This document shows positions 26,401 to 41,400 of a stretch of DNA of 64,000 nt, one piece after another. The stretch's first letter is position 1, and each line of letters starts with the position of its first letter. Origin of the DNA: Podarcis bocagei (taxonomy: Eukaryota); NCBI GenBank assembly GCA_964188305.1, contig OZ076890.1. The stretch is one strand, 5' to 3'. The translations under genes and the position numbers were made by a program. The notes under the pieces are model-generated. The model saw only the letters and a list, made by a program, of their open reading frames with translations. It did not search any database and had not been told where the DNA came from.

Positions 26401-29400
26401 TCTGTGAGTACATAAACAAACACATTGTTATTCTGGAAATTGCATCAATAGTGAATGTCTGTGGAACAGACAGGTAAGAGAATTCCTGTATTCAAATGAT
26501 AATATCCTGGTTCAAATGTTACTACTACTCTGGAGAAAAAGATTTACATGGAGGCCATTGAAACATTATTCCACTTGCAAGCAGTTTCATGTTATAGAGC
26601 AGGGGTAGTCAACCTGGTCCCTACCACTTACTAGTGGGCATTTCAGGATTCTAGGTGGGCGGTAGGGGGTTCTATGGCACAAGCTGAATCCTCCTTCCAT
26701 TGAGCACTGGTGGGTGATAAGGAAATTTTACCATCAAGAAAGATGCATTAGTGGGTGGTAGGTATAAAAAGGTTGACTACCCCTGTTATAGAGGGTTGCT
26801 GTATGTTACTAAGGCTATTTCTCATATTAATTTCCATAACTGAAAGAAAAGGGAACTTGGGTCACTAGTCAACTAGTTATGCTGACTGCTCTTTATTCTA
26901 TTTAAATCAATACGTTTAGTCCTAACAGTCTTTCAAAGCAGTTTACAAGCTAAACTACCACGATAAATATCACAAGATGACCTTCACAGATTGGAGAACT
27001 GGGCCCGAAATAACAAAATTAAATCGAATAGGGACAAATGTAAGGTTCTACACTTAGGCAGGAAGAACCAGCTGCACAGATATAAGGCGGGGGACACCTA
27101 GCTTGCCAATTGTACATGTGGAAAGGATCTAGGGGACTTAGTAGATCACAATCTTAGCATGAGTCAACCAGGTGATGCAGCAGCAAAAAAGGTAATGCTA
27201 TTCTAGGCTGCATCAACAGAAGTCTGGTGTCCCAATCAAGGAAAGCAATAGCCTGCTTTATTTTGCCTTGGTCAGACCACACCTGGAGTACTATATCCAG
27301 TTCTGGACGCCACAATTTAAAGAGGGTATTGACAAGATGAAATGTGTGCAGAGGGCAGCAACCAAGATGGTGAAGGGTCTGGAAACCAAGCCTTATGAGA
27401 AACGGTTGAAGGAGTTGGGTTTGTTTAGCCTAAAGAAGAGGAGACTGAGAGGGCATATGAGAGCCATCTTCAATTTCAGTTTTGTTCCAAAGCTAAGGAA
27501 TAGCCAGTATTGTACAGGGAGCATACATGAATCTATGTAGATTTAATTCAACATAGTCTCAAAACTCACATGATCATTTATCAGATCCAAGTAAAGAAAT
27601 GGGAAATTACCTAAACCCTTCCTGAGAAAATGTTGCACTGACATTAGATCATTTCTAATTTTATATAAAAAATGATTTCACTTTGTACAAACTTTGAAGA
27701 AAGCATAATATTCCCCAATATACCTTTTAAAATTTGTTTTTAGACAAGTAGGTATTTCTTCTGAAATTGTCCATTTACCTCACGCCTTTCTATTTCTTTC
27801 CTCCTTTCCTCTTCTCTCTGGCGTTCCAACTCTCTCTGTTTTTCTAACTGCTTTTCCAATTCCAGTTGCCTTTTCCGTTCCTGCTCCTGCCGTTCACGCT
27901 CTTTCCTCTCCTGCTCTGCCCTTTCTAACTGGGCAAGGCGCTCTTGCTCTTTTCTCTGCTGCTCCAAAAGGGCTTGTCTCCGCTTTTCAAGCTCTAGATT
28001 GCCACGTTCAAAGTTCTCACGTTTCTTATCTTCAAACGTTACTTTAAGAAAAAGAATTACAGTAAGAAATCAGTTTTGGGGTGGGTGGGTGGGTGTGTTA
28101 TACACACACATAAAAATACTACAATACAATATACAATTCAATACAATAATACTATAATATTCAACTGGAATTGACTTTAAAATATTAACAATTTGAGCAA
28201 ACATCTTATTTTCATTCATTTCAGTATTCCTACAGATGGTTACACAAGACAAAAATATTCTAAAATGTTTTGAAGTTAAATGGACTTGGAGTGTGATAGG
28301 AAAACTTCTCATTTGCTAAAAATTCACCTCCATGTTGATTACAATAATTTGTGGAAGATAACGGGTTTTGCTAGTCACAACTCTTAGGCACAGGCATGCA
28401 GTTCCTCTCTGTATATTATACTGGTCATTGTAAAGGTGTAAAGCAGTTAAATAGGAACTAATTCCTCTGAAACATATGAGGCTATCTTTAAGACCTCATA
28501 GAGAAATAGTCGAAGTACTAAGTTACCATGCTCTCCACTGGATAAATGAAATTTATTCATATCAAAAAGGACCCGAGCAGTCCAAAAAGACCCTTATGGT
28601 ACTACAGCTATTACTGTGCAAAGAGAATGCCAGAAGGCTCATGTAATGTGGGAGGAGCCCATGATACATCTCCTTCCCATGCATGTTTCGGGGGGGGGCA
28701 CATGAATATTGGAAAAGGCGGTATTTCAAGCTTCTCTCCCACAAGTTTCTAACATTAGGGCACCATGAACATAAGAAGCTATATTGCAATTATGAAGGTA
28801 ACATCAGAAGATACTGAAAGGAAGGCTAACATGAACAAATTTGACAATCACATTTGCAATTTGCAGGTTCAGTCAAATATTCTTTTGGTTCAGACATACA
28901 CAAATTACCAAAATTCTAACTCACACCAACACATATCTTCCAGGAATTACAGCACTTCACCTGCTGACTCCAGGTGGCATTCCCCACCCCCATTCCCAGA
29001 TGTTTTAGTGTCTCCCCAAAAGATGGTCAAAGTGTGCTTATTTACAGCAAGACTCACCAGGCAATTTCTTTTCTAATTGCTGCTGTTCTTCTTCTAACAC
29101 TGGTTCTTCTGGTAACCTTTGGTCTGTGGACACCGAACTTGCAACAGATACACCACTGCCAGAGCGAACTCTTCTGTCAGGAAGAGATAGTAGGTTAAAA
29201 TGTGTATATGAATAATGCTTCTGTTATTAATTCCATTATGATTTAGTTACCTAGTCAGAGTGCTGTGCAGGCTACTAACTTACTCCTATAAAATTAAAAT
29301 TGAATACCTTTTGGCATAAGTAAAGCTGCAACAAGGCCTGCCTTGAAAGCCACCAACAGGCCAGTTTACCTATCTATTCCTCACCATTTAATTCATATAT

Positions 29401-32400
29401 AAACCAATTCTGCTACATTGTGGTGGGTTTGAGAGATAGTATTCTGTTTGTGATGGTGCATTTAATTTGCAAGCTACCACTGGGCAAGTGAATGTGCATG
29501 TGTGAATCAATCGTATGACCAATCATAGTCAATGTAAATACTAGACTCTAGGAGGCAATTTCTACTGTGGCCCAAGACACACAACTACTGCGAACATCTT
29601 GTTTTTTAGTTTCTTTGCCTTTGATGCAAACAGGTCATCCAGCGAATTCATTATGAGATTGTATGTCAGTGTTTCACACTGCCACAACTTTAAAAGGATT
29701 TGTGATGCCATGACACACTACAATCTGCATTCATGATTAATGACTGGGACAATGCCATGAACATTTCAATCCAGGCTAAAGAAAAGCAGTCTTCAATACA
29801 CACAGCCAATGTGTGTACTGGCCTAATGAAATATTTAATTTAGCTAACTTAAATGATACATTCACTCAAAAATAACAACTACTACCATTCTTCAGTACAA
29901 TTTTGACAAAGAGAACAACCAACTTCAACATAAAGGAATATGGCTCGGTTTTTGCATAATGCACACAGGAGATTATAACATTAACCTTTTCTTAATGCAT
30001 TTTTCAGAAATAAAGCAAAAACATAAATAATCTTCTAATTAATCACGGTTCAGGATCAAAATCAAAGCTATAATAATTTTACCTAAATGAAGGAGGAATA
30101 TATTCCGGAGACAAGACAGGTGGCAATGGCTGTCCTGACATAGCCATATCAATTAAGTGCATAGCCAAAATAAACTCTTCTGCTGTAAGTTTTCCATCCT
30201 GGTCAATATCTGAAAGATTCCTATTGAAAAAAGATCCAATTACATGTTTGGAATTTTTGCCCACTATCCAAACCAGGAAAAAACACAATCTACAACACCT
30301 GTTCCTAGAAAAATACAGTATATTGAAAACTTGCTTAGGGTGGGATAAGTGCTGTTTCTGGAAAGCCCTGCCAAGTAGAGACTAAACTGTCATATTAATA
30401 ACAACAAGGAAGATGGCTGAAAAAGTTTAAGGATATGGAGAATTAAGGTAGCTCTGATGCTTAAAGCACAATTTTATGAAAAATATTTACCATATTGTAG
30501 CCAATTGAGCTTGTGGTAAGCTTGATTGCATAAGGATAGTTCTTGCTTGTGGACCTAAAGCATTGGAAACATAAGAACATGAAACTGACAAAATGTTCAA
30601 ATTTTAGTATTTGATTTTCAAAACAGTCACTTATGTGATAAACTTTTAAGATCTTACAGTATCTATTTTCAACATAAACAGTAACACTGGGTCAATCTTT
30701 TAAATTGTAACAGAAATAAAGCCTTCCAATATCTACCTTTCTGAAAACTATCAATCTAATTTTATGGGAAAGGTAGATGCGCCTAATTAATTAATGAGTG
30801 AAGTTGTGTATAGCATTTTACACTTTGAGTTGCCACAGAGTTTACTGTGGGGAAGCTGCACATTTGGTGGTCCTCATGAAGCAACCCTAAGTCATAGCCA
30901 GTTACCACACCAACCCAACAATGTCCTCAGATTTATTTACATAGTTATATACTCTGTTTCTTATTAATTTCAAATACTGTCCACAAACTACAAACATAAA
31001 CACCCATAATACAATCTAAATAAACCAATACAGTGGTACCTCGAAAGTTGAACAGATTCCATTACGGAGGTCCGTTCGATTTCCAAAACGTTTGGAAACC
31101 AAGGTCAGCTTCCGATTGGCTGCAGGAAGCTTCTGCAGCCAATCAGAAGCTGCGTCGGACATTCGGGTTCCAAAGAACCTTTGCAAACCAGAACAATCAT
31201 TTCCAGGTTTGCGACATTCAGGGGCCAAAACATTCGACTCGCAAGGAATTCGGGATCCAAAGTAGAACTGCACAACATTAAAATACAGTACCACAATAAC
31301 AATACAAAGGCTAGAGAAGAAAGCAGTTATTTTCAAACTAACTAACTAAAAAGTAAAACACTGCAGAAGAGGCAGTGGAGGCAAACCTGGCCTCTTTGTA
31401 GGAATTCAGAGCAGGGCCTGAATCAAAATGCTGCCAAGAGTGAAGATGGCACATACACAAGATAAGCTGTTCTCTAGATAATCAGGACCCAAACTGCGTA
31501 GGGATTTGTGACAGAAGAGTGAATGTTGGACAGCAGGGCAGTGGGACAGAATGCTGGGTGGAGTTCAAGTGAGTAACAAGTAGAATGACAGTCAAAAAAT
31601 CACAGTTGAAAAGAATAGTGGCTGAAGATACAAAAGGAAAGAGGGAATGTGGTGAGAGAGATAATGAAAGCATATGATAGCACCATCATTAAAGAGATTT
31701 ATGTTAGAACAGCATAATAGAACTCAAAGTATCCTGTAAAAATGATTACTTTTTCTGGATTTTACCTTCCTTAAATATTTGTTTTTTGTTTTAATTATCT
31801 GTGCTCTGGCCTGGGTGGATTCTAGGGGAAGTCTGCCTCCACCCATATATGTAGTAGCAACAGGTATGTCAAGGGAAGTCTGAACTCAGCGAGCAGGTGA
31901 ATGACCAACCTAGTGACTTCCTGGGGACAGGGCCATAGGGGTCGGCAACCTAAGGCCCACAGGCAACAAGCGGCTCACGGGGGTAGTTTTACCAGCCCAT
32001 GAGCTGCCCCTGAACTGAGCCGCCCGCTCTGTGAGTCCCCGCGCGCTGCGCTAAACCAGCGCAACACAGCGTGGGGACTCACTTTCGCAGCGCCGGAAAT
32101 CACGTCTGCGCAGATGCTGGAAACTGCATGGGCGCCCGCTCATGGGAGAGAAGCTGCACAAATACCAGCTTGCCTAAATCAACCTAGATAGCTGAGAGTA
32201 GGATTTATACGTGGAATTTGGCAGCTCTGACCATACTGAGATTGATACGTCTTGTATCAAGCATCTGCTTATGTCTGAGCTGCTCATATATTGTCTGCTG
32301 TGTTTTTTAAAAGCCTGACTCATTGTATGCTATAAAAAATTACGTATATTATACACATAAATAGTATAAATGAGTCAAGCTCCATGATGTACTATTTCTG

Positions 32401-35400
32401 CACTTTGAAGAAGCACAAACTCAGGACAAAAGGGAGGAACGAGCTAAGATGAAGGCATGTCTGGCAAATCCTCACTGTGATCAACTCCCACCTGGAAACC
32501 TATGTCCCCACTGTGAAAGGTCATGTGAATCCAGAATTGGCCTCCACAGTCACTTACGGACACATCGTTAAAGACCATGTTCATGGAAGACAATCTTACT
32601 CAGCCACGAGTGATCTCCAAAGAAAGAAACTATATCTGTAGCGTAATTTTTTAAGTATATTAATACATGCACATTTTTATACAGTTATATGCACAGGTGT
32701 ATGTATATTTTTATGTGTTGGTTACTTTAGAAAACTTAGAGTGTATATGTATATAATATTATAGTAACTCATAAGGTAAAAATTATTCATATTTTGAGTG
32801 TAATAGGAAGTGAGAAAGCTTGCTTCTCATTGAGATTAAGAAACAAAACAAAATTTAGAAAAAAATAATCTATGCAGATAAGCTCAACATCAAGATTTTC
32901 ATAAAATGGAAGATTGGGGACTCTGAATCAGATCAAGGGCCCATCTGGTACAGTACCCTATATCCAGCAGTGGCCAACTAGATGTTGACTCACAGCAGAG
33001 CATAAAAGCCTTCCACGGCTGTTTGTTCCTCCAGCAACTGGTTGCCTCTGAATCTGGAAATTTCATCTTAGTATCATGGCAAAGAGACATTGATGGACCT
33101 GCCTCTTAACCCCTGCACTACACAATCTCTAACACATTTAGCAGAGTCCACATATTTTTAAAATTAAAAATGAAAGAATACCTGTTAAGTGTCCACTCAT
33201 TGTTTTATCATGGCTATTGAAAAGCTGCCTATATTTCAGTCTTGATGACTGAGGAACAGCCCATTCTGCTGCTGGAGATGCACTGGAGTTATAAAACAGA
33301 GACAGTTATCCCATTATCATTCCATCACAATCAAACATGACAGAGCATCTGCTTAATTTTAAACTATGAATACATCTCTGAAACCACTCATTTACAACCA
33401 ACCCCCTTAAACTGAATGGGAACATTGTGTCTGAGTAGCTGCAGAAATGTCACCTGTAACAATGCTGCCAAAGTGCATTACAAAGAAAAAGAAAACAGTC
33501 ATACTTACCCAGGTACATCAAATGATTGTGCCTTTTGCAGTTTTGCATTTAACTGAGACCCTGCACCAGATCTACTGAAGGAAGAACTCTTTGGCAATGT
33601 GGCTGAAATAGAACAATTATGTTTTCAGGTCAGGGCAATTAAAGTACAGACAACCAGTTATTGATACAGTGGTGCCTCACAAGACGAAAACAATTCGTTC
33701 CGCGAGTCTTTTCGTCTTGCGATGTTTTTCGTCTTGCGAAGCACGGTCCGTCGCAACTGCGCCTCTTCAAGCGGCTTTAAAAAAAAAGTGTAAGACGTTT
33801 TCGTCTTGCGAAGCAAGCCCATAGGGAAATTTGTCTAGTGAAGCAACGCAAAACTGAAAAACCCTTTCGTCTAGCGAGTTTTTCCCTCTTGCAAGGCACC
33901 ACTGTACATAATATATTTTGATAAGTAAAGGACAAGCTGTCAACTTCAGGAATTGATTTTTAGGTTAGCATGCTGCCTTTTGTTTTAAAATAGGCACTAA
34001 GACAGCTTACAACAAAAGCACCTTTTTAAAAACAATAAAAATTATAAGCAAGAAAAGGCAAAAATAAAAAAGAGAGTCAAAAGATAAAATAATACTAAAG
34101 GAGAGAGAAAGAACACTAGAATGATACTGCAAGTAACACAGCTTACCAGGATGACCAAAAGCAGGTAGAGGTTGTATAACAGCTGGTGCTCCATTAGCAA
34201 GGGGGGGCACAGCTGCTGTAGGAACAGAAGATACTAAAGGTGGAGACATTCCCACTACTGGAATAGACGCCATTGGCACTGGAGCAACAGCCGTAAGAGG
34301 AGGCATACTGGGTAGGCCCCCAATACCTAGAAGAGAGAGATTTTCATAGTTACCATCATTTACAAGTTGAATGGCCTTGGGTTTGCCAACTACCTCTTTT
34401 GTGTCTTCTACCAACATGGCTACTAGGAAGAGGTTGGAAACTTTCACTTCCATTTTCAACTAGCTTCTGCTTATTAGTATGTTTGACAGTAACAATAACT
34501 TAATTTGGAGATATTGAAACAAGACAACTTCATAATCATTCAAAGTTAGGTCTAAACCATTGTTTGGGTTTGTATGCAAGAATGTAACTGCTTTTCATTG
34601 AAAACAAAGCAAGGTCTGCCAGTCTCTTTCTTGCTGTTGCACCAGGGGAGCAGAGTGGAGTGCAGGACTCAAGATTCATGCATGCAATACCCAGCTTATT
34701 TCCTTGCCCTAAGCCCTGGAGTACACCAGGGAGCTAAGCGGACTCCATGAGGGCACTCAGTTCTATCAAATCAAATGCAATGCTATCAAAACCACCTCAG
34801 AATCTCCTATAGAAATTGGGTTTACTCTGTATTAGACTGAAAATAAATATTCTTAAAAGGTTAAAATGTGAAGATCTTAACAGTGAGAATAAACTAATAT
34901 GCTGGAAGAACTGCTTGCAGAGTGGTGGTTAAGTATGAAGTAAACTGAATTAGGCCAAAAAACTAGTTTATTGGTGTAACTATTGTACACTATAAGGAAA
35001 AAAGGCAGGAAACTAAAAAACAAAACAAAACAAAATCCAATTCCTTGGACTGCTGAATGCAATCAAATAGCAAAATTAGTAGTGTTTCCTCTTCTAGTAT
35101 TTCTGATCAATGTTGCACTTGATATTACTTTGACTTTTGCAATGACTTTTGAGAGTTGACTAGCGCATCAAGAAATGGGGGGGGGGGAGGGGGAGAGAAA
35201 GGCAAGTAAGATACCACATAAACATAAATGAAGTCTGCCCTTACCAAATCCTGGTGCAGTAGAAATGGCAATGGGAGGCTGTATCATAATAGGAGGCAAT
35301 GCAGAAGGAAGCTGATAACCTTGAAGTTTTAGTTTGATAAGTTTCATAGCGATAGAAAACTCCAGCTGGTCCATTCTCCCATCATTGTTCATATCTGCCA

Positions 35401-38400
35401 GAGCCCTACATACAAATAAAGGTAATTCATGACTTGCACACCCTTCCAAAAGATGTAAAATAAATAAATAAATTTGAATTTGAATCTACACTACATTTAT
35501 GCTATAAAAAAACAATTTTGCAAATCAATACATTAAATAATAATATTGTTATATGCTACCTGTACAAAATGATGCAATTCTGCTATATTGTACAGATCAT
35601 ATTACTACAAAGAAAAAGTGCTGAGCTGCAGTTCAGGATGAAACATACATGTTCTGTGACCTGGCACTAACATCAAAGGCAGCATCCATATGTAGATTTC
35701 TCTCCTGTACATTTACCCTTATGATGACATTATTGCCTTTTTATGTTTCCTTATGTCCACCATCAGCAGTCAGTAACGCTGAGCAGTGGTGGACAAAAAC
35801 ATTATGTTGTGACGCAGGTATACATGCCCAAACATCAAAGAGGAAGGAGGGAGGGAAAATTCAGTATCAGATTATTTTCTTTTGATGTTAGTCTCAAGTT
35901 GTCCATAAAGTTATTATTCCTCATATTATTTAGGTGTAATGTTTTTACTTCATCTGTATTTCCTACCAATTCCATAAATTAATGCCTTGCAGAGAAAACA
36001 ACTATTTAAGACTATGCAAACAGTACTATTGCCTAACAGAAAACACAAGTATAAAATAATCAGCCCAACTAATCAAATCCAGCTTGAATGTTTAACATAG
36101 TAAACAACCTCAAGGAAGCCTGTTTTATCACCTTCTAGACTGAGAACTTCCTCAGTCAAAGGTGAACTAGATGTCAGTGACTCTAGAGTATTGCGGCTGC
36201 AAAAGGAGAGATGGAAATACAAAGTCCAGGAAATGATCTGATGTTAAAAATATTTAGTTTTTCCACAAATGAAGGTGGTATTAGATTTCACAGAAATTGT
36301 AAGATCATGGTTACAACAGGAATAGTGTAATACTGCCATTTAGTGATTTGTTTGTCTTCCCTCCCTCCAGTTTTCATATGTTTCAAGATGAAAGACTGAC
36401 GTCATTTTGACTTGAGTATAACGACACTTCAAAGTCTGACCCTAAACCAGGCTTCCTCAACCTCTGCCCTCCAGATGTTTTGAGACTACAATTCCCATTA
36501 TCCCTGACCACTGGGTCCTGCTAGCTAGGGACCATGGGGGTTGTAGGCCAAAAACATATGGAGGGCCGAAGTTGAGGAAGCCCGCCCTAAACCTAGAGTG
36601 CTATTATGATACCCATCATGTTTGTATTAATATAACACTACTCAACCTTTTTCCTTTTCAAAAACAACATGCTTACTCTAGGGGAGGAGCCAAAGCATAA
36701 TGCTTTGAACGCAAAAGTTCCCAGTTTCAAAAGCCCTGCCCTCCTCAGCTAACAACAGTGCAATAAAGTGTTAAAAGCAACTGTATAATCAGCAAGGAAA
36801 CAAATCAGTTACATAGTTGTAGGTGAATCTCACACAGAGACTAAAAAATGCAGCAAGACACAGACTTTCAGGGAAAATACCTTAAACAGAATATACCTTG
36901 AATAAAGAAAAAACCTTGAAGGTGGGGACACGGAGAGGAAAATGTAACCAAAATCCTCAACACAGAATCACTTGCACACCCAGTGACAAAGCTCACAACC
37001 CTAAACCAGAACAAAGATCGCACAATGAACCAGAACAAAAGACCAGAAGAGCATCAGCGAAAACAGGTCTGCTTCAAGTGAGGCAGGAAAAACGAACTGT
37101 CACACCAAGGAAGGGGATGACTCAGAGATTCCCTTGAAGTGATGACATTATTTCCCGATTAAGTGACTGAAGGATTACAAACCACTTTGTGGTGTCCTAG
37201 TGTCCACTCGAGAATAATACTGAACAAAATGGACCAATGCTTTGACTCAGCTTCATGTGCATTTACTTAGAAGTGAGTTCCGCTGAGTTTAATCAGTTTT
37301 ACTGGAGTGTTGTATCTCAAAACGCTTTCCTTTCCTTGGTTTCACTATCTACCCTAATTTTCTAGTTCTCTACTTAATATTTAAGATGTACTTCTATCAC
37401 CATTTTACAACTACACACAGGTCCTGCTATTGGAGCACTTGTTATCCAAAATGCCCATTTCCTTACTTCTTTCTGTTTGCAGGTTGGTGGCAGCCATTTT
37501 GGGCAGAAACCATGGAGAAAGGGAAGGGGGAGATGTGAGAAATCAGAGCAGGAAAGATTGGACTGGGAACTGCTTTTCCTTTGTATTCTGCTAGTTGGCT
37601 GCAGCAGTTTGGGGTGGAAACCAGGGAGGGAGGGAGATTGGACAAATCATGGATTGGAAATGTTTCCATAGGATAATTAGAATGTATTAGGAATTTATTT
37701 GTATTTGTATAAATTGTACAACTGGGGTAATATTGGGGTAATATTAGAAAACTAATAAAAATTTATTTGGGAAAAAAGAAATGTTTCCATAGGAAATAAT
37801 TGAAATCAGCTCATTATGTGAACACTCATCTAACAATAAATTTCCTGGGGACTTGTTATGTTTGGATAGTAAGACCTGTGTGTAATTGAGTTATAATGTA
37901 AATGGTCTTCCATCAATGCAAAGAGTGCTCAGAAAACTACTTGGAAACCCCTAATTGAGGCCCCCCTTGTCTCCAAGGACAGACAGAGATGTCAAAGAGA
38001 TGCCAAGTTAAAACAAGACACGGTACAGATCAAGTGATACCCACTACTTTCCTGGTGGTGAAGAGGATGAGCGTAGAAAAGGCCAATACACATACTGGGT
38101 TGAGCTGTGTCTCTGGAATGTAACGAGTGAATGGGCTCAGAGCAAATGGCCTAATTTCTGGCTATGCTTCTTCATGCTACTATCAGCATTTTTTGCTCCT
38201 TCCCAGGTAACATTTTCACAAAGACAGATCATAGCCACAGTCTAGAGAAATGGTCGTGGAAAACCTCAGCAATCTATGGCAATAAATCCAGTAACATATT
38301 TATTACTTTATGAACTCTGCTCTAGTGATGTCTTGTATCTACCATTTTCAATGTTTGAAATGTAGCACATTGAGAGACGTGTCTCATTTCAAACTGCAAG

Positions 38401-41400
38401 TGCCATAAATTACCACCTTGTTTACTATGATTAAATAAAACCTTTGCTTTCATTTGAAGTTTATGTTATCAATTCATTAGCTACTCAGGAAAATATAACC
38501 TGCTTGGTCTCAAACAGCACTACTGAAAGTATGTGGAACTTTTGTGAATTATGAATGCTCATCAGAGGGAAGGATACACCCAACAAGTGGTTTTCAGGGA
38601 GTACAGTTATCCTAGTAAAGCAAAAATCCAGTAATCCAGATTATACCTACTTAAATGCAGTTACTGTCTTCAGAACCATTACAGTTTGATTTGAAAGCCT
38701 ACATAAGACACTTCTTAATGGATTATTGGCTTGCCAACGACAAATACTGTAAGAGGCCAGTAAAAGAAGTATTCAAGCAATAGATGCTATACTGTTTGTT
38801 AGTTCTACACATTTTACAAGAATTTAAGAATATCAACATACATTCTACAAGTCTGTACAAATGTAAGTATATATTGTTTATTCCATCTTAAAGCACAACC
38901 ACCTTTCACATCACCATGGCTGTAAAATTTGTTTGCAGTACCTTTGATTTAAAACAAGGAGACTTTGTGACATAGCAGTCCTTAGCAAATAAGTTATGTG
39001 CCAAGACAGAAATTTATTAAGGCTTCAACAGATATGCATATTTAAAAGGCATTGAAAATCCTAAAATTCAGTAAATAAAGGCAGTTTGCAGGTCAGAGCT
39101 TATGCTTTAGGTGACTTGTTGCTCTTCTCTAGACAATAAAAAACTCCCATATATAGAATTTCTTTCAGCTTCTAATTTTAGAATCATGCTTCTACTTATT
39201 CAGCAAGTATTTCAGGTGGTTAATTTAAGGCTGCCTACACAAAGATATCAGCATGCAGTTTCTCAACTGCTGTATTCATGTTTACCACTTATTTCATTTC
39301 TTCATTTCTATTAGTTCTTTGGAGTGTTAAAAAAATGGTTTCACAAAGGCCTCAATGAGAGCCATTTTGACAAAAGTCCTTGTCTTGAAAAGTGCACTTT
39401 GAATAAAATAGATGAAATGTAACTGTAGAAAGTTAATATACTGCTTGTGCAATTTTTGTCTGAAATGAACTCCTGAAATTTACACTTACCATATCTGTGC
39501 TAAAACTGGTTGAGGTAACCCAGACTGGAAAAAAAAGTTTCTGGCTTGATCACCTGTCAGAAAGGAGGAAGTATTTCAAATGGAATGTCTTTAAGAATGA
39601 TAAGAGAACCAATGTACAATAAATAAAATTTTTAAGTTGCACTTTTAGGGTGTTCAGTATATTGCCAGTTATCCTCACACCAGGGATGGGGAACTTGTAG
39701 ACCTCTGTCGCTTGATTGACTCCAATCATCCTTGACCCAGGGTTATTCTGGCTGGGGCTAATAGAAGCCCCTGCCTTTTACCAAGCATGTATGGTAGATC
39801 AGTATTATATAAACTGGAGACAGGGGAGATTACACCATTGAGCAATCTACTCCCTTTTGCCTTGAAGGAGCCTCTACCCTCAGAAAGAACCCTATGTCAA
39901 GTTCAGTCTGGCCGCACCCATCAGTCAGAGAAAGAGCAGCTGTATGGTGCCTGCTTACCTCCTCTGTGCCAGAAAGAAAACTTGGTTCCAACTACCAATT
40001 GCCCTGGGATTGCAGGACTGAAGGGAAGAACTCTCTGGCCTCAGCCTTAACAAGAGGAACAATGGCTGGATTATCAGCAGCACCTCTGTTGTCCAAGCAA
40101 AACCAACAGCAAGGGAAGAACACTGTGGCTCAACTGGATGTAGTTGTCTGATTATAGCTCTTTATTCCTGGCAATGTCAAACCAATATTCTTTTACCTCT
40201 ACTTCCCTTCCCTTGCATGCTTTGTGTTTTTAGTTTGTAAGGTTGAAGGACAGGCCTATATCTCATCTTTATTTATGTGAACTCCTCTGAGATACAAAAA
40301 TTATAAACAAATAAAGAGGGTGTGATTTGAACTGGGCACTTCCAAGTCCACAAGTAAGCCCCTTAGCTACAATGCTACACTAGTTTTTAAAAATCCACAT
40401 TACAGCCACCAAAGACTACATTTTATTAAACGAATACTGAGATACTATACTGAAATGTGTTAAAGGGGACGTGAACAAATTCTGAACTGCACATTACTAC
40501 AAACTGAAACATCCTCACTTTAGTTACCAGGAAATTCACATTGCATTAACATCAGCTTAGATAAAAGGGAAACATATGGTTCCTGCTCTCTCTCCACTGC
40601 AGCAACTCTTCCTTTATTAGAATTATGTGCCTTGTGAAAGTGAGAAAGCAAACACTTTCTCCACAGAAACTGTTCTTAAAACATATGAATGACGATTTCT
40701 CATAAAACTTGGATATGCGTTAATGTTCTTTTCATTCAAAAATGTGTGGCTAGAAGACACAGCAGCACAGAAATGAGGCAAAACTGCCAACTTGTTACAT
40801 TTTGGGCGATAAGATTTAACCAGCTATGGTCACTCTGTAAGTCTGATCCAAACCTCCATTCCTTCTAGTAAAAGGCAATCAAAATGATCAAGGGGGCTTG
40901 AGCGACTTACCTATAAGGAAAGATTAAACCATTTGGGGTTATTTAGCTTGGGAGGGGGATGTGAGTAAAGAGGAAATATAGTAAAAGTGTATAAAATTAT
41001 GAATGCATACAAGAAAGGAGATTCAGACTAAACATAAAGAAAAACTCCCTGATGGTTAAGAACTGTTCAACAATGACACAGACTTCCTCGGATAGTGGCA
41101 GACTCTCCTTCACTAGGAGTTTTTAAGCAGAGATTGGATGGCCATTTGTCATGGATGCTTTAGTTGAGATTCCTGAATTGCAGAGGGTTGGACTAGATGA
41201 CCCTCAAGCACAACATGAAGACAACATTATTCCTCTTTGGTTTATCCCTGTATACAGAATTAAGAGGTACACTACCTCTGAATTTTACTACTGTGACTAG
41301 TAAGCTGGGGTGCAGCAAATAGAAGAAACAGTGGCTGATAGGGCCAAGGGAAGTTGTGGTGGATCTTGCAGAACCAAATGTTTGGAGGCACCAACCATCA

